This document shows, piece after piece, positions 13,000 to 25,042 of a stretch of 64,000 bases of DNA (positions are counted from its first letter, which is position 1; the number at the start of each line of letters is the position of its first letter). The DNA comes from Glaucostegus cemiculus (lineage: Eukaryota), in assembly GCA_976551045.1 (NCBI GenBank), contig CDPCPM010000076.1:13082001-13146000 (forward strand), written 5' to 3'. Both the position numbers and the translations under genes were made by a program. A model generated the notes under the pieces. It worked only from the letters and a program-made list of their open reading frames with translations, ran no database searches and was not told the DNA's origin.

Positions 13000-15628
13000 T
13001 TATGTTGCTCTTTAGAGAGCAATGTGAAGATGTTTAATAATCATTCTTACATGTATAATTTTTCTCTTTTTCATGGGGTTGGGATGCAGCTCTGCAAATA
13101 CCAGTAACACTCAAAACTCACCCAAGTGATCCTGCTTCACGTGTGATCTACAACAATGGAATAACTGATCTTTACACCCAATGTGTACAATTACCAATAG
13201 TTGGCTACATTTTCACTCACTGCCCCAGGACTGTTGAATGCCCATTTGCAGCATTCCAGCTACTGCAATGACTTTGACCAACTAACTGCAAAGACAGGGA
13301 TTTGCAATTTCTCCCCAACATATTCTAGTCTAAACAGATCAATGCACAGGTGCAAAAGCATCCAGCCAAGTATTGCTTGGTATTAGCTATTGTGCATCTT
13401 TTAAGATAGCACCTATTTTTAAGTTGTATTTATTTTAGATCATTAATCAGTTCATTAGTTTTGCTTTTAAAAAAAATGTGGCTTTCAAAATTTTCCATAC
13501 TAAAAACCATTGCACATGGTCACACACACCTAGAGTCTCTTGACAAATACAGCTGACACAGGAATAGGCTATTTAGGCCTGTGAACTACTCCCAGGAGAC
13601 CTGCTGCATCTTATTTTACTCCAAAGACCCAGTGCAAACATTGACAATGTCCTGTGAAATTGCCCTCTAGAAAATGATATATTCCCACGCTTCTTACAAC
13701 ATGTGAGAAATATGTCTTAGATACTCAAAGGAATACACAATTGGGAGCATTTTTTTTTAAAGTACCGACAACATCAACATAAAATGCTGATGTCAACAAA
13801 AAGAATATTTATAGAATATGTAATTCTCAAGGCTCTGCATATTATTCACCATATGTCTGGCACCAAAGGTAAATCTCATGGCTCTGTGAGCCCCTCAAGA
13901 TCTCTATACACAGTTTCAGAAATCAGTTAATGCTAATTTAAAACTTTGCTTTGGAAACTTTGACGATTCAACTCTTTTGATGTCCCTGTGATCAGGAAAC
14001 ATGGAAACTGATGGGAGGTTGCAGCTGCCAAATCCAATTGGTTAGTGCATTTCTAGCACTCTGTGGGCAAGGAAGATGAGAGGGACTATCTCCACACAAA
14101 AGGTCACTTCCCCCATCTGTTGCCGAGTCTAAAACTTTCCACACCCCTCTGCTCAGCATTTTCTACAGTGCCATTGATCTTTCTCCATGATGTCCTGCTA
14201 CCCCAGGTCCCTCCCTATGACTTCATGAAGATTACCTTTCTGGTAATTACTCCCTACTTTTTCCCCCCACTCTCTGCAGTCTCCCTATGTAATCTCTCTC
14301 CCAGCAGGAACTCTACCCTCCCCAGAATCGCTTTCTGGAGTCTTTCCCTCTCCAGTTTCTCTCTCCCACAATATATATGATCTCTCCATCCTACACTCCC
14401 TTTCTCTCCAAAGTTACTACCCTCCCCATTTTCAACCACCTATGATTTTTCTCCTTTTGTGATCTCTCACTTCCTGCAGTCAGCATTCTCACAACTGGCA
14501 CTCTCCTTATGATCATTGCCCTCAGCATAATCCTTGTCATTCCCCCCCCCCCCCCCACTTTTGATCTCTTTCTCCATTCAATTTTTATTTTCCTCTGACT
14601 TCTGCTATGCTAATCCTCAACTATTCCTTCATCACCACACTGACCTTTTCAATTTCTGTTCCCATCCTTCAAATTGGCATATGGTGGGGTGCAAAGCTGA
14701 GTAGAAAGCTCTTAATGCATTCTTACCAATATACTGAGGTTGTTGAGTTCCTGGAATCCTTGAATATTTCAGTGATATTGCTTTACTTTACCTATATTAC
14801 CCAATAGTTTATTCAACTAAATGAGGTATTCCTTATTTAACATTTTCTCTCCAGGCAATAAAACATAAACTTCTGTAATCTTTTTTTTCTGGCACATCAG
14901 TTTTATTGTTTGTTCTTTTCTCTACTTTTTCTTCAATAAAGGCTTGCTCCTTTGAAGATGACTATTCATTTTTGAACCAATATTATATACTTTCTTTCAA
15001 TGATTCTGTTGAAAATTCTGTCAGATGTAAAGTTTGAATATTCTGTTTTAGAAACATCACAAATTGCAACTGTAAACAAAAATAATGAGCAATAGTTGTG
15101 CTTTTAAGCCCTAAAAAGTAATGCCTGGTCTTTGTTATATCATATGAGTTCAGACATTTGACTGCCACATTAATTTGATTATGTAGTTATTTAAAAAAAA
15201 CAAAGCCTTTTTGGATTAAGTTGTATCAACAATCATTTCTGAGTAAGATAGTACACAAAAGTTGATTTCTAATTTCTGGTCACTATCCACATAGGTGCAT
15301 CTGATATTTTCCTAATGTCAGGCATGTAGCCGATGAAGCCATTCATCAATGTAAGTTTCAGCTAATGTTGCCATAAAGTAGAGTTCAAAATCCACACAAT
15401 TACTCTAGTGGAACTGTCTCAGGGACACTAGGAACATAGCACATTATGTTCTTGCATTACTTGTGATTTAATGGAATACTCCTATCTAAGTTGCACTGCA
15501 TATCCAATCAAACACCAAGCTTTATGTAATGTTTTCAAACTCATTTCAGGAGAAAAATGGCCATTTGTCATGAGACAAAACTAGGCCAAGGAGAGGACCA
15601 AAGTCAGGTCTTTGACTCTTCTGACCCA

Positions 15629-16125
15629 TCATAGAACATGAGAGCACACAAACTGCCCTTCAGCCCACAATGTCTGCACCAAACATGTTGCTGAATTAAA
15701 CTAATTCCCTTCTCCCTGTACATGACCCATATTACTCCACTTCCTGAATATTCATATGTCTATCTAACAGCCTTTTAAATGCCTCTATCGTATTCACTTC
15801 CACTACTTCTCCCAGCAGCCCATTCCAGGCACCAACCATTCTGTGTAAATAAAATTGCCCCACCTATCTCATTTAAATATTCCCCCTCTTATCTTAAATG
15901 CATGCCTTCTAGTACTTGACTTTTTTTACACTGGGAAAAAGATTCTGACTGCTTTCTCTATCTATCCCTCTCAATCTTATAAACTTCTATCAGGTCTCCC
16001 CTCAGCCTTCAGCTCTCCCAAGATAACAACCCAAATTTGTCCAACCTCACCTTATAGCTCATACCCTCTAATCCAGGCAGCATTCTGGTAAAACTCTTGA
16101 GCACCCTTTCCAAAGCTTCCACGTC
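15629..16125 (-). mobile_element. CR1 LINE 3' portion
   Basis: Reverse-complement CR1 3' end (catagaaca...gcccttcagcccac...) plus ORF2 C-terminal remnant (tctatccctctcaatcttataaacttctatcaggtctcccctcagcc). Confidence 0.85.
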
Positions 16126-16461
16126 CATATGTACACATGGATGTATCCACGTCATATCCATATATCCACATCGTATTTCCTAAAGAAACTTCACCATATT
16201 TGTTCCATAAAGCACAAGGTTTTGAAGCAACTGCAGCGTGGCTGCACACTGCCTCTTCTCCCACCCTTTTGCTTTGAGAACAACACAAAGGAGTGAGCCA
16301 TGCACAGTGTTCAAATGAGTGAGCTGTGCTGTCGTTGCTTCATAGTTCTCAAGTAATCTGAGTATGGCTCTCTGAGATCTCACAGTAAGTCCCATGCAAA
16401 ACATTTTGTTATATCATCAGCCACATTCCTCAAAACATCAAGAAAAAGGATGTTACTATGT

Positions 16462-17610
16462 TGAATGAATTGGAGAATGTAGGTGGCATGATTAGTAAGT
16501 TCACAGATGACACTAAAATTGGTGGCACAGTGGACAGTGAAGAAGATTGTCTAAGGTTATAACAGGACATTGGCCAATTGGGAAAGTGGCAAAGGAATGG
16601 ATGATGGAATTTAACTCAGGCAAGTGTGAAGTGATGCACTTTGGGAAGCTAAACGAGGGCAGGACATACACAGTGAATGGCAGAGAGACCTAGGGGTACA
16701 AGTGCATAGTTCCCCGTGGCAACACAGATAGACAAGGTGGTGAAAAAGACAATTGGCACACTTGCCTTCATTGGCCATGGCACTGAGTACAAGAGTTGAA
16801 ATATCATCTTACAGTTGTACAAGACTTTGGTTTGACCGCACTTGGAGTATTATGTGCAGTTCTAGTTTAATTTTATTTACAGCGTGGAAACAGGCCCTTT
16901 CGGCCCTCCGAGTCCACGCCACCCATTTTTAACCCCCAAATTAACCTACCCGTACGTCTTTTAGAATGTGGGAGGAAACCGGAGCACCCGGAGGAAACCC
17001 ATGCAGACACGGGAGAATGTACAAACTCCTTACAGACAGCGACGGGAATCGAAACCCGATCGCTGGCGCTGTAACAGCGTCGCGCTAACCGCTACGCTAT
17101 TGTGCCGCCCTGGTCACTGCATTATAAGAAGGATATGATTAAGCTAGAGGGTGCAGTAAAAATTCACAAGGATGTTGCCTGGACTAGAGAAAGACTGAAA
17201 GACTGGATAGGCTAGGACTGTTTTCCCTGGAACAAAAGACACTGAGGGGTGACCTTATAGAGGTTTATAAAATCCTGACAGGCATAGATAGGGTAGATAG
17301 TCAGTCCTTTTCGCACAATAACAGAGTAAAATGGAGGGCATTGGTTTAAGGAAAGAGAAAAGATTTATGGGGGAATTTGAGAAAAAAAAGTTTTTCAGTG
17401 GACAGAGAGAGTATGGGATGAGCTCCCAGAGGAAGTGGTAGCACAGGCACAATTATAATGTTTAAAAAAGTATTTGAACAGGTACATGAATATGAAATGT
17501 TTAGAGGGATATGGACCAAACACAGGCAAATGGGATTAGCTTAGGTAGATATCTTGGTTGGCATGGATAAGTTGGGCCAGGGGGCTTGTTTCTGTGCTGT
17601 ATGACTATGA
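16462..17610 (+). mobile_element. 5'-truncated CR1 LINE interrupted by a SINE
   Basis: RT remnant ISKFTDDTKIGG (FADD motif), WMMEFNSGKCEVMHFG and HLEYYVQF; 3' tail gggcttgtttctgtgctgtatgactatga. Confidence 0.9.
16864..17110 (-). mobile_element. Young full-length V-SINE inserted in CR1
   Basis: Minus strand: gggcggcaca head, A-box TAGCGTAGCGG, B-box GGTTTCGATTCC, intact V-domain, CR1-type tail gggcctgtttccacgctgtaaataaa. CpG-rich. Splits the CR1 sequence gcagttct/ggtcac. Confidence 0.9.
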
Positions 17611-19829
17611 ATCAGGAAAACAGCAGATGAGATGGATAAACTCATGACAAATGGCATCTTGAATATAAAATGGACAATATCATTTTAAGAGACTGTAAAA
17701 AAATCTAGATAAACTATGAAAAGTATTTATGGCTCATTTGATGAAACCATGAAATTTTTCTGTCCCTGAATAAAATCATTACACAGTAAAGGCCTCATGT
17801 TGCTAAACCAAAATACAATGGTATAGCAGGGTATGATGGCAATGTGAGGGGGCTGCAGAAATGCTTAGCAGTCAGACAAAATTAAGCAGAATAAATATTG
17901 ATTACATTATCTGACCATAAAGCTGTGAAAACCCTCTTAAGAAACCTCATGGTGTGATAAATTTAGAGCTACCCAAATAAGTGCTGTGTCATAGTTTGGG
18001 AGAAGGGAAGTATATGTGCATTAAATACAAACTTATGATGTCTAAAGCCCAAGAAGAAATCAATTCATAGTTGAATAATTTGGTGTTGTGAGAACTAGAA
18101 TTGTACTTTTGCCACTATCTAATTTGTGTTTCCACAGCTTAACCACTGCCCTTAGCAACAGGGGCATTCAATGGAGAAATCTGAATCAAACAGTTTCAAA
18201 GTTCTTTGATATCCAGCTCAGAAAGGCAGGAATAACTTGTACTTGATATCTCAGCTACCTGATCTTGTGATAACTGTTCTGTGATTGTTTTAAGTACTGC
18301 AGGCATAAAGCAGCTTCAGAAGGGATTAACAAGTGATCTCACTACAGAGAGTGATGGGACAAGATGAGCTTCTTCAATGCCAATTCAGCTTGATAGCATT
18401 GAGGCTTTCAGTGAGAGTTTAAAAGGAGGATGTCTTTTCAGGCTTGGATAATTTAGGTGAAAACTATGAGCCAAGGATTCTCAGATATAATTTACTACAT
18501 TTGAAATCCATCCCACAAATCAGTACTCTACTGAAGCCAGTGTAGCACATCACTGGCACTGCTGGGTAGCTACTCATAAGATCCCAATGTCAGTCACAAA
18601 TGACAGGTCATTGCCCACACGTGTGATAGTAAGTGAAGAGGACCAAACTGCAATGGCTGCAGCTCTGGAGATGCAGCCTGGTATCTTCTCAAAACTTGAG
18701 GACCAAGTGGCAACATCCAACTGGTTAACAATAACACACTGCAGATGACCATTTCATCCCCTCTAATAGCAGCTAGGATTAGATCAGTCACGAATATGAA
18801 ATCGCATACCAAGGAAATGTACCACATACGAAGGGAAAATGTGGTGCAAATAGATGTAAAAATAGATGCTGCTAGTGAGGTAAGCAGTGTTGTTGAAATG
18901 CTTCTTTTGAATGGTTGCCTGCTTTTGGAGTCTAACTAGATAAAGCTTTGTTTTTGTTTTGAGTCCCTTTGTGTAGCACTACTGGAAAATCCTCATGTAA
19001 TCTAAAATCTATAACGTGTTGATTTCTATATTTCATATTTCTCATTTGCAGTTTGTCTCATCTGAAGTATTGTAGCAAAAGTTCTATGTCAGACTTCATA
19101 AAAAATGAAAAATAAAGGAAAACATTTATCACAAAGCCTAAAAACTAGTCCAGTGCCAAATTCTAAAACTGCAACAAAATAGGTCACAAACTCCAATGTG
19201 TAACCAATGTCCATGGTCTGATGTTGACTGGAAATTGGGCCCGGGCCTCTTTTGGGTGTTTGACGTCAGTCCCTCAGAATATTTTTCAAAAACTGTTTTT
19301 TGGTCCTCGTTTAGCATGTTGAAGTGGCCTTACATCATCTGGCAGCTGGCACCCCTTTTGAGAAAGATGGCCAAGTATCAAAACATGGCAGTACTCTGAG
19401 GGCTTTGGAAGTACCCAAAAAACAAAGGCTTGGGGTTCTGTGGAAATGAGATGAAGATTGTTGGAATAGGTCCTAGGTTCAGGGACTAGTGGGAGAAGAG
19501 TTCTGAGATCAGGCCATATCTGGGAAGGAAACTTGTAGCTGTGGTTTCATTGAGATTGGTCCTAAGTTCTGGGGGAACAGCTTTGAGGTTTGTCAGATAC
19601 CATGTTGCATGATGGAAATCACACGTAAATATAAAAAAATTAATATATTAATTTATTTTTTAAAAATTCCAGTATTAATCAGACTTAGATTAATACTCTG
19701 CTCAATAAAGACAGGTTGCTGTAGACCACTGCTACGAGAAATATCTGATTCCAGTCACTTGCTTCCTGTCACTTCCCCAGATTCTTACCTACATCCTGTT
19801 CTGCATTTTTCTTCCCTTTCAAAGCTCAG

Positions 19830-19925
19830 AAAGGCAGGCTTGCATTTATATAATGCTTTTCACAACCTGAGGGTGTCCCAAGGTACTTTACAGCCAAAGT
19901 GGTATTTTTGGTTTAGTCATAGTGG
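19830..19925 (-). mobile_element. DeuSINE/L2-type 3' tail fragment
   Basis: cttgcatttatataatgcttttcacaacctgagggtgtcccaaggtactttacagccaa; similar copy at 47070-47145. Confidence 0.6.
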
Positions 19926-19959
19926 AGGAAAACTCTTGTGAGGAGTGTTTTATCTGAAG

Positions 19960-20250
19960 GTACAAGGCCAGCATTATTAGCCCATCCTTGATTGCACTTG
20001 AGAAGTTTGTGATGCATCACTATCTTGAACCACTGCAGTCCTGATGAGGATACACCCTCTGTACATCTGCATAGATATATCCAAGATATCCAATGCAGCA
20101 ACAAGGAAAGAATGGAAATACATTTCTATCAGAGTGGTGTGCGAGGAAAAAATTGATGGCATTCCTATGCATTTGTCCTGTCTTTGAGAACAGGGGAGTG
20201 TGTTTGAGAGGTGCGGTGGAAAAAGCTTTAGTCAGTAATTGACGTGTGTT
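19960..20250 (-). mobile_element. Old CR1/L2/Jockey-group LINE 3' fragment
   Basis: caaggccagcattattagcccatccttgattgcacttgagaag...cttgaaccactgcagtcc, typical reverse-complement 3' end of this family. Confidence 0.6.
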
Positions 20251-23200
20251 TTGGAGAAATTTATTTCTGGATAAATTCCTCAATGTTCAATGAGAGAAGT
20301 TCCTGCAGTTGCTGCCATCAATTTATTTTTCTTTGTTTGCTTATTTGTTATTTGACTTTGTTTGCTATGCAATAGATGTTTCGCTCATCTTCTGTGCCAT
20401 CTCCAACTCATTGACTGACACAGTTTTGTCAATTGATGCTCTGTTATCTTAAATGCAAGCCTCAGTTCTTGCTCAATGTTTGTTGTTCTCAGCAAGGTTT
20501 TTTCAGTCTGATATTGAGCTAACTGAATACCAAAATGGGGAAATGGGAATTGTTTCATTGCTCCAAATCTACCAGGAAATGGAAGTAAATTATTTGGAAT
20601 AAATTCTTTGGAAGATTATACAAAGCACACGAGCCAGCTGAGTGGGATTTATAGGAGACACCCGAGCAGCTGCATTGCTGCTTCAGGGAGCAGTGCAATA
20701 ATTTGGTGAAACCAGAGCCTATCATGATCTCCTAATCCTTAATGAAGGAATTCACTTAGCACTTTTGGGCAGCTTGCATCAGAAGGCTCATGAGATGTCA
20801 TCAAGGCAGATGTGTTAAAATGAATACAAGAAACAATTTGTTCTCTAAAGGCAAAAGTCAATAAAGTACTAATCAAAATCAGATAGTTCAGCAAATATGT
20901 ATAAAATGCAAACAAGTGCAGATGAATTCATGCTATCATTGGTGGAACAGCAAAATTGCTTGCAAATATGTATGAAAAATAATAGAAAACTCAGTGGGAA
21001 GATATAATTAAACACCTTTCAAGCAAATAGTAGTAAGGAGCCAATGGTGGTGGCAAGAAATTAGTGGGGAATTTGGCAACAGGGAGATTGAAAGAGAAAG
21101 TAGAGAGAACACTGAAGTAATGCTTATACTAGTTGAACATTGAGACTCAAAATTTCAAATAAAGAAAACTTTCTCCATTTTCTTTAATGCTTTGCTACTT
21201 TCTGCAGTTTTTTCCTCTGGTTTAAGTCTAAAAAAGTAATTCTCTTTATGTTATAATACATTGTACTGAAAATGTCATATCAGAATTTTTTGAAAGTGCC
21301 ATGTTACAAAGATCAGGACAGCTAACAAGCTGTCATCCAAAGCACAAGCTAGATAAATGATGAATATTAATCATCCACTTCAAAAGTATTGCATTAGTGT
21401 TGCTTTTCTATAAATTCCATGTTTTAATGAAACAGAGCTAAAAAAATGTGAATCTACTATACACACCACTAAATAAGTAAATGACTATATAATTTTATGT
21501 GCAAATTAATTAAAACAAGATTTAGTGGGGAATTTGGCAATGGAGAGATTAAAACTTCAAACAGATGTAATGTGCCATGGGGACACTATATAGATTCAAG
21601 CACAGATAATATTGGAAATGCAAATCAAGAACAATTATACTTGACAATTATGAAATGTATAACTGTCCTCAATCAATAAAGTATATCACCCTTTCATCAT
21701 TGCACTGATTATGGTATGAAGTAATAGATCAATAGTGATACTTGTAAATACAACTGAATTTACCATTATATACAATCTTTTCTCTATGGTTTCACCCATA
21801 GAATCCATACATTTTCACTTGGCAAATACTAGCTTTTACATCTGTAATATGTTCATTTAATGAGAATGCTAAAATTGTGAAGCAAAATTCTGTCCCTGGT
21901 CAGACTCCCACTATCAGAATCATCTATTCCTGGATGTGGTACAGTACAATTAGTTCCTGAAGAATGTTGATGTCATTCTACCTCAGCAAATGGCTGTATA
22001 CCTTTCCTCTGTAGACCACCCAATCAGCACCATCAAAATACCATTCCATTCTTAGCAACAGACATTTTGTGGCTATTTAAATAAGAATGTCACATTTTAG
22101 TGCAATGGTCCTTTACTTACAGAGACTAGACTGATAAAATGCTTTTCCCTCTGGGCCCCACAAGCAGAAGACACCTAGGGCTTTCATCTTCGGTGGATTT
22201 GAACTGAGATTCCATGACTGTAAACTAATTAATTCAGCAGCATAGCCCTCATGGATTTCTGATTCCAGTTCAACTCAAAGCTATGGAGTATAGTAATGGT
22301 CGCTATCTCAATTTCTTTTCTGAAAATTTTTTAGAAATTTCAATACAGAAGAAATTCAATCAGCCAAACATATGGGTTTGTTGCTTTATATTCCACTCAA
22401 GTTACTTGCTCTTTTGCCTTGTTTCTATTATTTAATTTCTTCAAGTGGTTATCTAATTCCCTCTTAACTTTGTGATTGATCCAGCTTCAAATGCCACTTG
22501 TAGTAATCCATTAGAAATTAGAAACACAAAAGAAGGCAACCCACTTGTGAACCAGTGTATCTATCCTAGCTGCAGCTGAAGCATTAAGAAATATAAATCC
22601 ACTGCTCTGCTCTCTCTCCAAAGCCCTGAGTCTTCTTCAAATCTTTCTCTTCTAAATGAAAAAAATCTTAATCTGTCCCTTGGTGCTTTTCGTATCAATA
22701 CAACATTTTTGCTTCCTTGTCACTGGCTCAACAACATGTCGAAATAATTTTCACTATCTGCATTTACAAGCCCTTCTGTTATTTTCATAACATTCATATT
22801 AAATTACCCTCTTAGTCTTCTCGGCATCAGTTATTCTAGCCTCAATTTTCAAATTTCTCATCAGAGTTTTATCCTCCTGATCCTTGTAGCCCTATTGACT
22901 CTGTTGGCTCAATGTGTTATCTACCTGCTCCAAACTGCAGCCTAACAAGTCTTTTATACAGTTTCACTTTTGTCTCCTTGGCTTTATTTTTCTTGCTCTA
23001 TATATAAAAATTTCAAACCCTGATTTGTTCTTATGTCATTTTCTATGAGGAATTTTGCTCTTTAGATCCGTATGCCTGTTGTGTTTTTCTAAACACTCTT
23101 CACATTTATCCGCATTTAAATTAAGTTTTTCCTCAGATAAATGATACAGAAAAGAACAGCTGAGTCTTTCAAGGCCTTGATGTGCACAGATTGACTTTGG

Positions 23201-24004
23201 AGGTGTGACTAGAGACATTGCCCAGCCATCCAAGGAATATGGTCCCGACAGCCCATTATTTTTATATTTAATTTAAAAAGAGGTCATTCATCCTACCAAT
23301 CAGGATTACACTTACATTAAAAATAAATCTTCATTCACTCCAATTACCTGCATGTTTATATTTGCAAACTGCAAAATGTAATAACAAGAGGTTTGATGTC
23401 ATTTGCATTACTGAGCACAAATATAACCATCTTGGTACCATTCAATGCCATGCTATGAGGTGCAAGGGTGTGATGTGGTGGGGTTTCTGCGAAAGATTCG
23501 GTTTGCTGTTGAGGACCTCCTCCAGTCAGGGCCAACAGTTCATCACAAGTAACCTTCGCACATTTGTATTGTTGATGCTCCCAGTCGGCCTGAACAAAAG
23601 TTGCTTTAGAATATTTCACCTCCACCTCAGGAACCTCCTAATGCCAGTTCCGACTCACCCCTCAGAAGGTTATCAAACCAAGACAGATAAAAAGATCTAA
23701 TCATATTACATGTCATAAGTTAGGTAAATAAAAAACAAATGAGTAACTACAAACAAGCTAATGTTCTGAAAAGTGACCCAAAGTACTTTATACAATCAAC
23801 TGATTACATTGAAGCCAGAATTATGGGTCTGAGTTTTTTTAACTGGGTGGATCAGAGATAACTCTTTACAAAAAAACCAAACACTTGACCCCAAAAACAA
23901 CCCACCTTCAGCATCAGTGTTTAAAGGGCAAGTGGGAAATCTGGTCCAGGAGGTGGTTTGATAGTTAAATAGTTTAACAAGATGGTAACTTCTCATTTAA
24001 CCTG

Positions 24005-24639
24005 TGTTGTGTGAAAAGCTTCTTTTGGAATATTAAAGATGGGGGACTCTGGACACAGGCTTAGGATTTTAACAGTAGATTAATCACAAAGGCAAATGCA
24101 GCGACAGACTGAATGGGAACAAATGCACACTCACACACACATGCAGGAGACCACAAACATGAGGGGGGGATTGCAACAAGGATGAGGTACACACACTCAC
24201 ACAATAAACAATGTACAGCTTATCAAGGGATAAACACTTTAATGCCTGAATACTTTGACCCAAACAAGCATTGGACCTAACACTCCCTGGAATCTGACTA
24301 AGACAATCTCATTACTCCTGGGGCAGTTGAAAGAGAGAGACCAGGGTGTTGCAACACTCTTTATAGTGCTGGGAGGCTGGGTGGAGCCTGGCCAAGTGAA
24401 TTAGACAGGCCAATGGTTTGGAGGTCAAGGACAAAGGTGCCTACCAAGGCCAATAGTCAGGCAGGTTCAGAAACAAAGGTGCTATCCAAGGCCAATTCCC
24501 ATGCCCACACCTGATGGGCGGGGTGGAGCCACACTTTGATTGACAGTGGTGTCACTTCCGATCCGAGGACCAATGCTGTCCTCCACCCAGAGGGGTCAGT
24601 GTTATTACTGTCATGTGACAGCTATATGCTCTCCTACTA
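24005..24639 (-). mobile_element. Solo LTR (635 bp)
   Basis: Flanked by AACCTG at 23999-24004 and 24640-24645. Minus-strand order: tandem enhancer repeats with CCAAT/GC boxes, TATAAA (24365-24360), ATTAAA (24243-24238), TG-rich U5, ending ...CACAACA. Confidence 0.75.
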
Positions 24640-24854
24640 AACCTGCATTGCAGTCTTTATAATTGGAAGATGGGCTTTCCTGGACTAGGAAACCCATCAA
24701 CTCAAGGGAGACTTCAGGAATAAGTCCTGAATATTATCACGTATGGACCAGAAGTAGCAGAACTGTTTTACTCCAGTTCTCCCAGTTTGTACCTCCCCAT
24801 CAGGTTGAGAGAGGCATCTTTGATGCTTTCTATGCAGCGTGTCACAGAGTAACT

Positions 24855-25042
24855 TTGGCATTGGTTTATTATTGTCACTTGGCCTAAGGTACAGTGAAAA
24901 ACTTGTCTTGCATACTGTTTGTAGAGATCAATTCATTACACAGTGCATTGAGGTAATACAAGGTGAAAACAATAACAGAATACAGGGAACTGCATTGCAG
25001 GTAGATGATAAGGTGCAAGGTCATAACAAGGTAGATTGTGTT
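24855..25042 (-). mobile_element. LINE 3' end, probably Rex1/Babar-like
   Basis: ttggcattggtttattattgtcacttg...tacagtgaaaaacttgtcttgcatactg, i.e. a minus-strand ...gtgacaataataaaccaatgccaa tail. Confidence 0.6.

Noticed and set aside
23362-23700. 112-aa ORF containing FDVICITE
   Set aside because: Most likely a decayed LINE apurinic endonuclease fragment, not a host gene.
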